Below, piece after piece: positions 23,249-35,886 of a stretch of DNA of 64,000 bases (position 1 is its first letter; each line of letters opens with the position of its first letter). The notes under the pieces were generated by a model, which ran no database searches, had not been told where the DNA came from, and saw only the letters and a program-made list of their open reading frames with translations. This DNA comes from Cyanophora paradoxa CCMP329 (taxonomy: Eukaryota; Plantae; Glaucophyta), in NCBI GenBank assembly GCA_004431415.1, contig QPMI01000411.1, forward strand, positions 62,001 through 126,000, written 5' to 3'. The position numbers and the translations under genes are program-made.

Positions 23249-26200
23249 TTACTCCTTCTCGTCCTCGTTGCCCTTGGCCATGTACTCGTTGATGGCGTCC
23301 ACCTTGTCCGCCACCTCCTCCGGGATCAGCATCCTGCGCGCGCCGCCCGGCGTCAGGCGCGCAGCGCTCCGCCGGGCCGGGGCGGGGCGGGGCGGGCGGA
23401 CAGCATGCGGCGGGTGCGGCGCGTCTCGTCCTTGAGGCGCTGGACCATCGGCCTGCGGGGCGGGCGGGCGGCGGCGTCGGGTCGAGGGAACGGAGACTAA
23501 AGCGCCTCGGCTGCTCTCTGCTCCCGCAGCGCGCGCCGCCCGCGGGCACCTGAAGAGGAAGACGAACTCGAGGAGGAGGGCGGCGAGGGTGGCGCCCATG
23601 AGCGCCCCGTGCAGCGGCACCACCGTCTCCACCACCTTGCGCGCCGACTGCGCCCCCGCCCCGCCCCGTCAGCCGAAGCCCGCCACGCGCGAAAGAGGGT
23701 GCGGCGCGGGACGCGGGGCGCGTCGTCTTAAGATGGAACTCAAAGGCTCGGGAGGATGCCATTCGCGTGTGGGGCGCGGGGTGGCGCGGGGGGTTGGCGG
23801 GGCGGGGGCGCGTCTAGACTCTGATTCAACCAAAGCGGGTCCACTGCGCGCCTCCTCGTAGAGTATAAGAGATTGCTAGGTTCCACATAAGGAATTCTAT
23901 AAGATTCCGTGTAGGAGGTCCTAGGAGGAGAGGGGAGAGCGCGTGGCGGGCCTCCTCGTAGAGGGTGACGGCGGAGACGAGCCCCTCGAAGACGTCCGCC
24001 CGCCCCAGGTTCCACACCGTCTGCGCAGCGACGAGGCGAGCAGGAGAGTGAGCCCAGGGGCGGGCGGCGGGGCGGGGGCGGGGGCGGGGCGGGGCGGGCG
24101 CGCCCTGAAGCGGGCGTTGGCGGCGCCGTCGGCGGGGCCCTGGGCGGTGCTCGGGAGGGCGGCGCGCTTGTCGGCCTCCGCGTCCGCCAGCAGCAGGTCC
24201 ACCTGCCGCCCCGCCGGCGTCAGAGGCGGCGGGGCGCCCTCGAGCTGCGGGCGGGCCTGGTCGAAGAAGAAGTTCATGAGGGTGTCGAGGCCGTTCGAGA
24301 CCGACGGGTAGTTGATGTCCCCGCTCCCCAGGCACTCCGCCCGGTCCTTCCGCAGGCACCTGCCCCACCAGCCCGGCGGCGGCGTCAGGCGAGCCCCGCC
24401 GCGGCCCCGGGCCCCCCGCTGCTTGGGGCGGGGCGGGGCGGGACGCACGTGGCGCGGAACGTGAGTTCGGCCAGCGGGCCGTACGAGCGCACGCCTGCGC
24501 GGGGCGAGTGAGGGGCGGAGGGGCGGGACGGCAAGGGCCGGGGTGTGGAGGGCACCGCCGCCGCGGACGAGGAGGCCGTGCTCGCGGCGCAGGCGCGCCA
24601 CGTCGGACGCGATGCGCGCCCGCAGCTGCGGCGTCACCTGCGCCCGGCGAGGCCTCAGGGGCGGGGCGGGCCGGGGCCGGGGCCGGGGGCGGGCGGACGG
24701 CGGGGAAGAGGGACTGGTCGAGGACGAACTCGCGGACGAGGTGCAGCAGGTGCATCGAGCGCACGACGCGGTACGAGGCCACTGCCGCGTGCAGCGAGGT
24801 GAGGGGCGGGGCGAGCGAGGGGGCGGGGGCGGGGCGGGGGGGGGCGGACGCTTGATCTCGGCGGAGTCGTCGTTGAAGCGCTGGACGAGGGAGAAGCCGG
24901 CCACGAAGATCGCGATGAAGAAGACCATGCACTGCCCCGGCGCGGGCGGGCGCGTCAGGCGCGTCAGGCGGGGCCGCCCCGGCCCTCGGGTGCGGCGGCG
25001 CGGGGCGGGGGCGCACCACGCCGAGGGCGGCGAGGTACTGCACGGAGAGGGAGCGGAACATGCGGTCCGCGCCCCGCGGCGCCTGCCCGGGGCCCGCCCC
25101 TTGCCCTTGCCCTTGCCCTTGCCCTTGCCGGCGGTGCGCGAGCGGGCGCTGTCGGGGCAACGGCGTAGCGCGCGGCGGCGCCGCGGCCGCCGAAGAGGCG
25201 GGCGAGGAGGCCGCGCGGGGGCGCCGGGCCCTCGCCCTCCTGCCCCGCCTCGGCCTCGGCGAGGGGATCGGGGTGGAGCCGGCGGGGCGGGGCCCGTCAC
25301 GCCGGCGGCGGTGTGCGGGTGCGCGTGCCCGCGGCTGTTGCGGCGGCCGCCGACGCCGGCGGCGGAGCCGGAGGCCTCGCCGCGGCTGTTGCGGCGGGGG
25401 CCGTGGCGCGCCTTGGCCGGCGCCTCCCGCTCGGGCGCCCCCTCGCGCGTGTCCGCCCCGAAGGAGATGCCCTTGCGCGGCGCCGGCTCCTCCCCGGCCG
25501 CCGCCTGCCCCCCCGAGGGCCCCCCCTCCTCCTCGTCGTCCTCGTCGTCCGTCTCCTCGTCACTCTCCATCTGCGGCAAGTCAGGCGGCTCGGATCTGAT
25601 CTGGCCTGCTCCGATGCGAGCGGACCTTGACGACGATCTTGCGCTGGGCCTGGATCTTGACGGCGGCCTTGGGGATGTGCTGCGGGGCGCGCTCAGCCGC
25701 CTGGACGGGAGGGGCGGGCAGGGGCGCGGCACCAGGAAGAGGGCCATGATGGCGTCCCGCTCGTGCCGCACCCGCTCCAGCGTCGGCTTGAACCTGCCGC
25801 CCGCCTCGCTCGCGCCCGCGGCGAGAAGGGGCGCGGCGGCGCGACTCACACGAGGAAGGCGAGGGTGAGGATGACGGCGAGCGAGATGCCGAGCGTCACC
25901 ACGTACACCGTCCGCACCACCTGCCGCCCTGCGGCGTCGGCGCAGGCCCGGGGCGCCGGGGACGGGAGGGGGGCGCACGGCCTGGGAGGTGACGACCTCG
26001 GAGGCGTACGCCTCAACGGCGCGCTCCATCTGCGCGCACCGCCGCAGAGGCCGCGTCGGCGCGGGGCAGCGCGAGCGGGCGGGGCGGGGGGGGGGGCGGG
26101 GCGGACGGCGTCGGTGACGGCGTCGGGCCCGTTGCGGAGGAGGTACTGGAGTGGGCGGCACGTCGTCGGGTTGTAGAGGCAGCGCGCCGGCTCGGCGGGG

Positions 26201-29200
26201 GAGAGGCCCGCCACGGAGGTCGCCCCCGCCACCACGAACTGCGCCGAGTTCGCCACGAGGTGCGCCCCCTGGACGAACCTGCGTGCACGCGAGGGGCCCG
26301 GCGTCAGGCGAGGAGAGACGGGAGGGGGGTCAGACGGCGCACTTCTCGCCGGCGGTCCAGAGGGACATGTTCGCCGTCGTCACCCGGGGCGGCACCGTGT
26401 CCACGAACCTGCCGCGGGGCTCGGCGCCCGGGGGGACGAGCGAGGGGGCTCCTTTTGAGGGGGGCACTCGGAGAGGGCGAGGACGGGCTGCTCCATGAGC
26501 TCCCGCAGCGGGCCGGCGGCGGGCGCCTTCAGCCCGTCCGTCCCCAGCGCCAGCGCCAGGTGCTGCCTGCGCGCCGGCACGGCGCGCTCAGCGGCGCCCC
26601 CGGCCCCCGGCGCCCAAGGCACGCCCCGGCGGCCCCCTGTCTCCTCCCCGCCTCTTCCACGCTGCCCCGCTATCCCGAGCGGGGCGCGGCCGGGGCGGAC
26701 TTGTTGAGGAGCGCCGCCTCGTGCTTGAGCATCTCCGCCGTCGCGTTCACCGCCCGCTCGTCCGTCGCGTTCGCGATCAGCACCTGGGTGCCCCCGCCCC
26801 CGGCGTCGCCCGGGGGCCGCTCAGGCCGGCAGGGCGGGACAGCGCACTGTCGGTAGGCCGTTCCAGCGCGCCCCGGAGCCTGCGGGGACGGCGCGGCGGG
26901 CGGCCACGTCGAGCGAGCGCGTCTCCATCACGATCAGCTGCGCGCCGCGCCCGTCAGCCGGCCAGCCCCCAGGCCCCGCCCGCCCCGGCGCGGGGGGCGG
27001 ACCTGGGCGGAGAGAGCGCGCTCGCCGCCGGCGGCGATCGAGTGGATGGAGGTCGAGTACTCGGTCAGGATCTGCGGCGGGCGCGGCGCGGGATCTTCAA
27101 AGGGGGAGGCGCGGGGGCGGGGGCGGGGCCGGGGGCGGGGGCGGGGGCGGGGGAACCTGCTGGACGGCGACGAAGGCGCCGACGGCGAGGAGCCCGAGGC
27201 ACGCCACCGAGATGATGCTGCAGACGCGTCAGCCCCGGGGCGGGCGGGCGGGGCCGGGGGGAGCGGGTGCGGGGCGGACATGTTGCGCCACAGGAGCTCG
27301 ACGCCCGAGTTGCGGCGCGCGGCCGCCGCCAGCAGCTCCATCCGCTTCCGCCGCCGCCGCCTGCCCCACGCGCTCAGCGGCGGCGCGGGGCGGGAGGGGC
27401 GGGGCGGAGCGGAGGGCGGGGGCGACGCGCTTCTTGGAGGTGGCGGAGGAGGCCTGCGAGTGGCCCGCCTCGCTGCCCCCGTCCTGCGCCCCGCGCCGCC
27501 CCGTCGGACCTCGCGACGCGGCGGCAGGGACGCGGCGGGCGCGCACGTGCTGCGACCCGTGCACCGAGCCCCCGGTCTGCGAGCCGTGCACCGACCCCGC
27601 CCCGGTGCCCGCCCCGGCGCCGGCGGCGCTGCCGTCGGCGCCGCTCTTCTGGCTCCCGATGCTGGCGAGCTTGGGCTTCTCGCGGGGGCTCTCCGCCGCG
27701 GGGCCCTCGGCGGCGCGGCGGGCGGACTGGAGGAAGTTGCGGATGCGGTCGTCCGCCGCCGCGTCCCGCGCCGAGCCGGCCCCGGAGCCGGCGTCGCTCT
27801 CCGAGCGCGCCGTCTCGGGGTCCGCCGAGCGCGCCGTGTTGCTCCCCGCCCCCGCCGAGTTCCGCCGCTTGCTCAGCTGCACGCACGCCGCGCCGCGTCA
27901 GCCCGGAGCGCCGGGGGCGAAGCGAGCGAGGGGAGGGAAGAAGGGGCGGACGTCGGGGCGGCGGTTGAGGTCGAGGGGGTCGATGAGGTGCCGGTGGCGC
28001 GAGCCGTGGCTCGCGGACGACGAGGAGGAGGCGGGGCGGGGCCCCGGCGCCAGCATCAGCTCTCCGCCCGTCTGCGTCGACGCCGCGCTCCCCGTCGGCG
28101 TGTCCGAGAACTGAGCGGGGCGAGGCGTCAAGGGAAGGACGACAGAAGAGGCGGGTGAGCGAGCGGGCGGGGAGAGCGCACGTTGAAGAGCGGGGCGCCC
28201 GGGCCGGAGACGGGGGCGAGGGAGAGCACGAACTCGTCCTCCCCCTCCGAGATCGCCTCCAGCGCCCCGTGCGCGCCCCCGGCCCCGGCCGCCGGCGCCG
28301 CGGCGCCCCCGCCCGCGCCCTTGCCGCCGCCCCGCGGTGGTGCAGGCCCGTCTTCTCCTTCACCGCGCCCCGCTCCCCGCGCCCCCGCCCCAGCGGCGCC
28401 CTTGAGGGCCGGCTTGGGCCCGGCGGAGGCGGCGGCGCCCTCGAGCGAGGCGGCGGCCTTGGGCGCCGCCGCCGCCGCCCCGCCCGTCGCGAACATCACG
28501 CCCCCGTCCTTCTCCGCGTCCTGCCGCCCGCCCCGGGCGCTCGGGAGGGGGCGGGAGGGGGGCGGCGGGCGGGCGGGCGGACGGCGTTGAAGAGGATGCG
28601 GGCGGAGAAGTAGACGTCCCCGGAGACCTTCACCTCGCTCACCTGCGCGCGGAGCAGGCTCGAGTCCGGCCGCGCGCGCAGCGCCGCGCCACGAAATCCG
28701 CTCCAGATCTCACCTCCAGCGTGAGGGGGAACTCGCGCCCGTCCGTGTGCCGCCTGCGGGCGCGCGCGGGCGGCTCAGGGCGGCGGGGGCAGGAAGAGAC
28801 TGGGGCCGGGGCGCGGGGGCGGGCCCGTTGAGGGTGCGCTTCTTGCCGATGACCTTCTGGACGCCCGTCTCCAGGTAGTTCCGCAGGATGCTGCCCGGCA
28901 GAGGGGCCAACGTGAGCGGGGGGCGGGGGCGGGGAGGGAGAGGGGAGGGCGGGCGGGGGGCGCACTCGTCGTGCCTAACGGCGATCTCGGGGGGCATGAG
29001 GACCTGGGGGCCCCGTCAAAGAGAGCCGGCGCGGAGGGCGGCGCCGCCCCCGGCGACGTCTTCGGCCTTGGGCACCTTGACGTTGCGCCCGACGAGGTCC
29101 TCGGTGGCCTTGATGCCGAACATGCGGCACAGGTTCCGGTTGCAGCTCTTCACGATCCCCTCCTTCGTGATCGTGATCTGCGGCCACCGCGGCGGGGCGT

Positions 29201-32200
29201 CGGCCCCGAGCCCGCATCCCCCGAGCGCGGGGCCGGGGCGGGGCGGGGCGGGGCGGGGCGCACGAGGGCGTCCATGTCGGTCAGCTTCGCCACGCGCCCG
29301 TTGAAGAGCGTCTGCCGCGCGGGGCCGCGTGTGTGAGGCGGCGACGGGCGCGGCGGCGCTCGAGAGGGCGCACGACGCCCTGGGAGGTGAGCGTCGTGTC
29401 CTCCATCACCTGCGCCCCGCCGCCCCCGGTCGGCCCCGGGGGTCCCGGATGGCCCCCCGCGCGCGGGCTTGCAGGGGCCCTGGGCACCTCGAGCTGGATG
29501 GGGAAGACGGAGCCGTCCTGGTGGAGGCCCTCGAGGGAGCGCCCCCCCGTCCCGATCACGTTCGCCTTCCGCGTCTTCATGTACGTCTGCGGGGCCGGGC
29601 CGGGCGCCAGTGAGCGGGCCAGCGGGCCAGCGGTGCCGGGGCGGGGCGGGGCGGGGCGGGGCGGACGGAGAGGTAGCCGTCGTGGTTGACGGCGTACTGC
29701 GGGGGCATGAGCATCTTGACGTTGCGGCCGACCATCTCCGACGTCCGGTAGCCCCACATCGTGCTGCACGCCGCGTTGCAGTTCTGGATGATCCCCTGCG
29801 CCCCGCCCCGCCCCGCCCCGCCTCAGGCCTCCGATCTCGCGGGGCTCGGTGCAAGCCCCGCGCAATCTCCTCCGCCTCTATGGGAAGGCAAGGCCGCGGC
29901 GGGGCGGGCGGTGGCGGGGCGGGGCGGGGCGGGGCGGGGCGGGGGCGCGCCTCCTGGTTGATGGTGATCATCGCGTCCGTCTCGTCCTCGTTCTGCCTGC
30001 GCGTGCGCCCCGGGGCCGCGTCGGCGGGAGGGCCGGGCGGGCGGGGGCGGGCGCCCAGAGAGGGCGGGGCGGGGCGGGCCTGGTGATGCGCCCCACGAAG
30101 ATGATCTCGTTGCTCACGTCGACGCGGGAGATGTCCAGCACGATCCCGAACGTCGAGCCTGCGCCCCCGCCCCGCCCCGCCCCCTCAGCGGCCCCCTCGG
30201 CGGCGCTTTTGAAGTCCGGCGTCTGAGAGCTCTAGATCCGCAAGGGCAAAGTACGAGGGGCGGACCGGACTTGTGCTTGCCGTCGACGGAGCGCTTGGCG
30301 CCGATGACGTGCGCCTCGCCCGTCCGGAGGTACCGCTCGAGGTACCTGCGGGGGTGAGGGCCCGTTAGGCGGCGCGCCGCGGGGCCCCCGAGGGGGGCGC
30401 ACGTGTGGTGGTACGTCGAGTAGGGAGCTGGGCGGGGCGGCGGCCCGTCAAGGCGAGCAAGGGGGGGGCGCAGGCGCGGCCCGGCGCACCGGGCATGAGG
30501 GTCTCGATCTTCTGGTTGATGAGCTCGACGGGCGTGTAGCCGAACATCACGCACGCGCTGCACCCGGGGCGCGCGTCAGCGAGTGCGGGGAAAGGAGACA
30601 GAAAGGCGAGTGGGCCGGGGCCGAGGCGTACTGCTTGTTGCAGGAGCGGATGATGCCGCGGACGTCGATGGAGAGGAGCGCGTCGGTGTCCTCCACCTCC
30701 GTCATCGTCACCGCCAGCAGCGTCTTCTCCCCCTCGAACATCTGCCCCCGCCCGCCCCCTCAGCGCCGCCCCGCGGCCGGTCCGTGCCCTTGCCCTTGCC
30801 GGCGCGCCTTGGTGATCTTGACGTGGAGGGGGAAGACGGAGCCGTCCTTGGAGAGGCCCTGGATCTCCGTCTCGATCAGCTCCATGATCTGCGGGGGGGA
30901 GGTCGCGGGGGCGCAGGTCAGAGAGGTGCTCGCGTCACGTTGGAGGCCCCGGCAGGGCGGGCCTTGGAGGAGTAGGTGAGGGCGGTCTCAGCGCCGCCGT
31001 TGGCGGAGCGGGCGGCCTGCGAGGGCGCCTGCGATCCGCTGTGCGACGGCCGCCGCCCCGTCAGCGAGTTGTGCGACGGCGGCACCCCCGCCCGCTGCGT
31101 CCGGAACGACTGCGCCGAGAGACACGGAGAGGGGTGAGGCCGGGGAGGCGGCGCGGCGCCCGGCGAGTCGGGGGCGGGCGGACCCCCTTGTTGGCGAAGA
31201 GGCCGGAGCGGTTGGTGGAGGCGGAGGCGCGGAAGGCGCCGCCCTGCTGCACGCCGGCGTCGAAGACCGACCAGAAGCGCGGCGGCACCAGGACCTGCGC
31301 CCGCCCCCTCCCGTCAGCCCCTCCCCTCTGCCTGCACCCGCTGCGGGCGGGCCTTGACGTCGCGGGCGGTGAGCTCCTCGATGCCCATCTCGAAGAGCGA
31401 GGCGGCCTCCTTGTTGCACGCCGTCACCCGGCCCCCCGCGTTCACCAGCATGATCCCCTTGTCCGTCTCCACCGGCGTGATCGCCCCCACGAACGTGATC
31501 ACCCCGTTCTGGTGTTCCGGACGAGTTGTGCGAGGGGAAGGGGGAGGGGGAGGCGGGGGACGGGGGTACCAGGTCCATGCGGGTGACGTAGAGCTTGATG
31601 GGGAAGATGTAGCCTGGACGGTGTGCGTGAGGCCGGTGGGGCGGGGCGGACGGGTCCGAGAATGCATCGCTAGGGGGGTGCGCGGGGGCGGGCACCGTCG
31701 CGGTGGATGCCATACACGCTGCGGGGGATGTTGACGACCTTCGCCACGCCCGTCCGCAGGTACGACGAGACGTAGCTGCGCGCCGGCGGGGCGAGGGAGC
31801 GGGCGTGAGGCGGGGCGGGACGGGGCGGGGCGGGGCGGGGCGGGCGGGCGGGGGCGGGGCGCACATGTGGTGGTCGTCCTTGAAGGGGGAGGGCATGAGG
31901 AGGGTGATGCGCTTGCCGACCATCTCGTTGCGCTTGTAGCCCCACATCCGGCACGCGATCGCGTTCACCGACGTGATGATCTGCGCCCCGCCCCGCGCGG
32001 GGCCCCCTCAGACCCCGGCCCGGGGCGCGGCGCGGGGCGGGGCGGGGCGCGGGGCGGGGCGGGCGGGCCTCGTTGGAGCCCATGATGACGACGCCGTTGC
32101 GCGAGTTGTCGATGGCGCCCGACTGCACGGCGTCCTCCCGCCCCGTCGACTCGGCGTTGCGGCGCGAGATCTCCTCCTCCTCCGCGTCCGCCATCCGGTA

Positions 32201-35200
32201 GTAGTCCTCCGCTGCCGGCCGGCGAGCGCGTGAGGGGCGGGCGCGGGGTCCGGGCCCGGGCGCGGGGGCGCGCACCGACGAGGGCGTCGTTCTTGACCTG
32301 CTCGATGAAGGAGCCGAAGGCGCGGAGGACGCGGACCGAGCGCGGGTACTTCTGCAGCAGCGCCACGTAGTTCTTCTCCGCCACGCTCTCGTGCGCGTCC
32401 ACCAGCCGGAAGATCTCCTGCGCGCCCGCCACCCGCCGCTCGGCGGGGCTCGAGGGCCGGGGCCCCGGAGAGCGGGCGGGGCGGGGCGGGGCGGGGCGAT
32501 GAATGCGGAGCGGCTATGCAGCTCTCTGGATCTCCTATGAACGCATGGAGGCGCCCATGCGAGGGATCGGGCGCTCGGCGGGGCTCGAGGCACAGCTTCT
32601 CCGGGGGCGGGGCGGGGGGGATCACAGGGGCGCACGGGCATCTTGGAGAAGGCGGTCTCGTCGTCCTCGAGGAGGGTGTGCCAGAAGAGCCGCATCGCCT
32701 TCACCGTCTTCAGGTGGCCCTCCTGCGCGCGCGCGAGCGAGCGCCGTCAGCGGGGACCCGCCAGCCAGCCGGCCCAGCGCAGCCCAGGAGGGGAAGCGGA
32801 CCTTGGCGGCCTTGAACTGCTTCTGGAACTCGACGTAGCTCGCCAGGCTGCAGGGCGCGGGGCGCGGGGCGCGCTCGGAACGGGGCGGGGCGGGGCGGGG
32901 CGGGCTTGCGGGCGGAGGGGATCGAGCGCGCGCACTCCATGGCCTGCTCGCCGAGGTCGCCGGTGGAGCTCTGCTCCTTCTCGCGGTCCTTGCGGAAGAC
33001 GGCGAAGCGCTCCTGGACGTCCAGCTGCAGGTGCCGCGACCGGTCCACGAAGGTCGCCTCCAGCTGCGCGCTCCCCTTGAACACCTGCCCCCGCGCGCGT
33101 CAGGGGCCTGGGCGAGGCGGGCGCCGGGGGGCGCCGAGGCGAGGCGGGGGGCGGGGTCCCCGACGGGCCTTGAGGTAGTTGGAGAAGGCGAGGTAGACGG
33201 CGGCGTGCTTGGGGAACTTGCGGAGGCCCTCCTGGTACACGCACTCCGCCCGGTCCACCAGGTCCTGGTCCAGGTCGTCGTTCTTCTTGTTCCGCGCCTC
33301 CCGCACGAACCTGCGCGAGCGGGTGAGCGGGAGGGGCGGGGGCGGGGATGGACGGAGGGCGGAGCGGGGGCACCGGGCGGCGATCTCGGTGTGGTAGGGG
33401 GCCCCCAGGTCCCGGTAGAAGACGTACTGGCCTGCGGGCGAGGAGGGCGCGGGGGCGCGTCGGGCGCGTCAGAGGCGGCGGCGGGGCGGGGCGGGGCGGG
33501 GCGGGGCGGGGGGCACCGTCGTCGTTGAGGCCGACGTACTCGGGGTTGCAGAGGCGGCGGTGGCGGGCGCGCACGAGGAAGTAGCACGCCGCGAAGGCCA
33601 CCGGCTGCCCCAGCAGGAAGGCGATGGAGAAGAGGACGGGGTAGAGGCCGCCGGCGATGGCCTGGGCGGCGGCGACGAGCGAGGTCCAGCAGAAGGCCGT
33701 GTAGATGCCGGCGTAGGCCGCGCTCGTCAGCGCGCTGTACGTCGGCAGGAAGCGCACGTAGAGGTACACCAGGTACGACGACTCCTGGGGGGGAGTGAGG
33801 GGGGGACGCGGAGCCGCCGGGGGGCGCGGGGGCGGCGCACGAGGGCGAGGAGGATGCCGGTGAGGCCGGGGTACCCCGACAGGAACGTGCCCGTGAAGGC
33901 GATCGCGAACCGCCAGGCCAGGGACCGGAAGGGGGTCTGGAAGGGTGGGGAAGTCGGGCCGCGAACGAAAGGGAGGGAGAAGCGGGTTGGGGGTACGTGC
34001 GCACGTGGAACGTGGCGTACGCGAGCAGGGACTCCGTGCCGCAGTTCGGGTCGCAGTTGAGGAGCGTCCGCAAGCTCTGCGCCGGCGGTTCTTGATGGAG
34101 GGCGTTGTTGGGGGGGGGAGGGGGGGGGATGTACCGCGACGCAGTAGTAGAGGACGATGCCGACGATGGCGGCGATGGACGTCACGCCGTTCGGCACTGC
34201 AAAGAGGGTCAGGGCGATTCCTGAGCTGGCGAAGGGGGGATCGGGGCCCGAGGGGGTACGCACTGCCCCAGCACTCGAGGTTGGAGTAGATGGCGTGGCG
34301 GTAGGGCGTGGGGGCGGCGGTGCCGTTCTCGAGGTACCGGCAGTCGAGCGGCCTCAGCAGGATCGCCATGCAGCTGGGAGTGCACGGTTCAGGGAGATGG
34401 GGGGCGGGGGGCCCGGGGCGGGGAGGGGCGCACGAGAGGTAGAGGGTGGAGAAGAGTAGGTTGGAGGTGGCGCGCAGGAGGCGGAGGGGCCAGCGGTAGC
34501 GGAACTTGCCCTTGCGCGCGAAGATCCACCCCCCCGCCGCGATCGCCCCGCACACGATCGCCAGCAGCAGCCCGAACACGATCCCCAGCGAGCCGTACCC
34601 CATCTTGTCCAGGAACCTGCGCGCCGCCGCGTCAGGCCGGGCAGCGTCCCAGGCCGCCGGCGCGCCGGCGGGCGCGGGGCGCCGGCGCTCGCCGGATGGG
34701 GAAGATGGTCGTCAGGACCTGCGCGTCCGCCGGGCGTGAGTGCGGGAGCCAAGCGCGCGTGTACGCGGGGCGCGGGGCAGGAGCGGCGGGCGGGAGGGCG
34801 CTCACGTCGATGACCTCCCCGACGTACGGCGGGTCTGCCGCGGCGCGCGTGAGGCGGCGGGGCGCGGGTCGCGGGCGGCTGCGGGCGAGCGAAAGGGCGG
34901 GACGCACGCTGCCAGCCGAAGGAGAGGGGGTCCAGGGCGAAGGACATGATCTGCGGCGCACGGGCGGCTCGAGCTCGGGGGAAGGCCGGGTCCGGCCGCC
35001 CGGAGCGAGCGGCTGCGCGGGACGCACCTGGATATACTCGCACGCGAGTGCGATGATGGCCAGCCGCCTGCTCGGGTTCCCCATGGGCCGCAGCGCTGGG
35101 GCGACAAGCGTCGGAATCGGGTGCGCGGTGCGCAGCCGAGCGGAGCCGAGCGGGAATGGAGGTGGGCGTACCGTAGAGCACGCTGAAGATGCCATCTTCG

Positions 35201-35379
35201 ATCAGCTTGCGGCTAAGCCTGTGGGCGGAGCGTGAGCCGTGCGCGTGGCGCGCACACGCCCCCCCATCCGTAAGGGCGCACTTCGTCTCGCCCTGGCCGA
35301 GCGCGGGGGCGCCGGGTGCCGTGCCGCGGCGCATGGAGACCGTGCTCATGGCGCGGCCTCCCTTCTCCGAAGCAGCCAT
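23249..35379 (-). CDS. TmcB-like multi-pass membrane sensor with five tandem PAS domains (four FixL-like)
   Basis: ATG at 35379. N-terminal TM block (IEDGIFSVLY; GKFRYRWPLRLLR) and helical repeat (MRLFWHTLL..YVALLQKYPRSVRVLRAFGSFIEQVKND). PAS cores LMPSPFKDDHH.YVSSYLRTG, HHTYLERYLRTGEAHVIG, LMPPQYAVNHDGYL and LMPPEIAVRHDD.LRNYLETG, then two TM-ectodomain-TM modules. TAA at 23249. Confidence 0.85.
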
Positions 35380-35886
35380 CTCCGAACAGGGGGTGGGCCG
35401 CCTGGTGGCGGCCCGCGGCTCTAGCTAAGACTAGCTCACGGGGCGGGAGCTGAGGATAAGCTTCGACGCCTTAGCTAAAGACGATGCTGCTGTTGCTTCT
35501 GCTAATAATGAGCAGCCTCTCTGCTGCTGCTGCTGGTCTTATCGCGGTTACCGGTACCAGATCTAGCTATAGAAGGAGGGAAAAGCGGAAAAGCTAGACA
35601 CTGCGTGTTCCCGTGCCCCACTTGAATCATTGAGGGCCATTCAGGAACCGTTTTTTTATAGATCCTCTACCCGACGGCGAACACCTGTACCCGCGCGGGC
35701 AGACGCGCATCCCGTACCCCAGCCCGCCTCCTCGGCCTCGGCGGCCTCGCTAGCCGGCTTTGCCTCCCGCGGCCGTGGCCCTCGAGAACGCTTGTTAAGA
35801 GCTGCCCGAGTTTGTGCTCTCAATCGAATCACGGCAACTCGGTGGACAGGTCTGCCCGACGAAGCTCCCAGCCCGAACGCTGAGCG

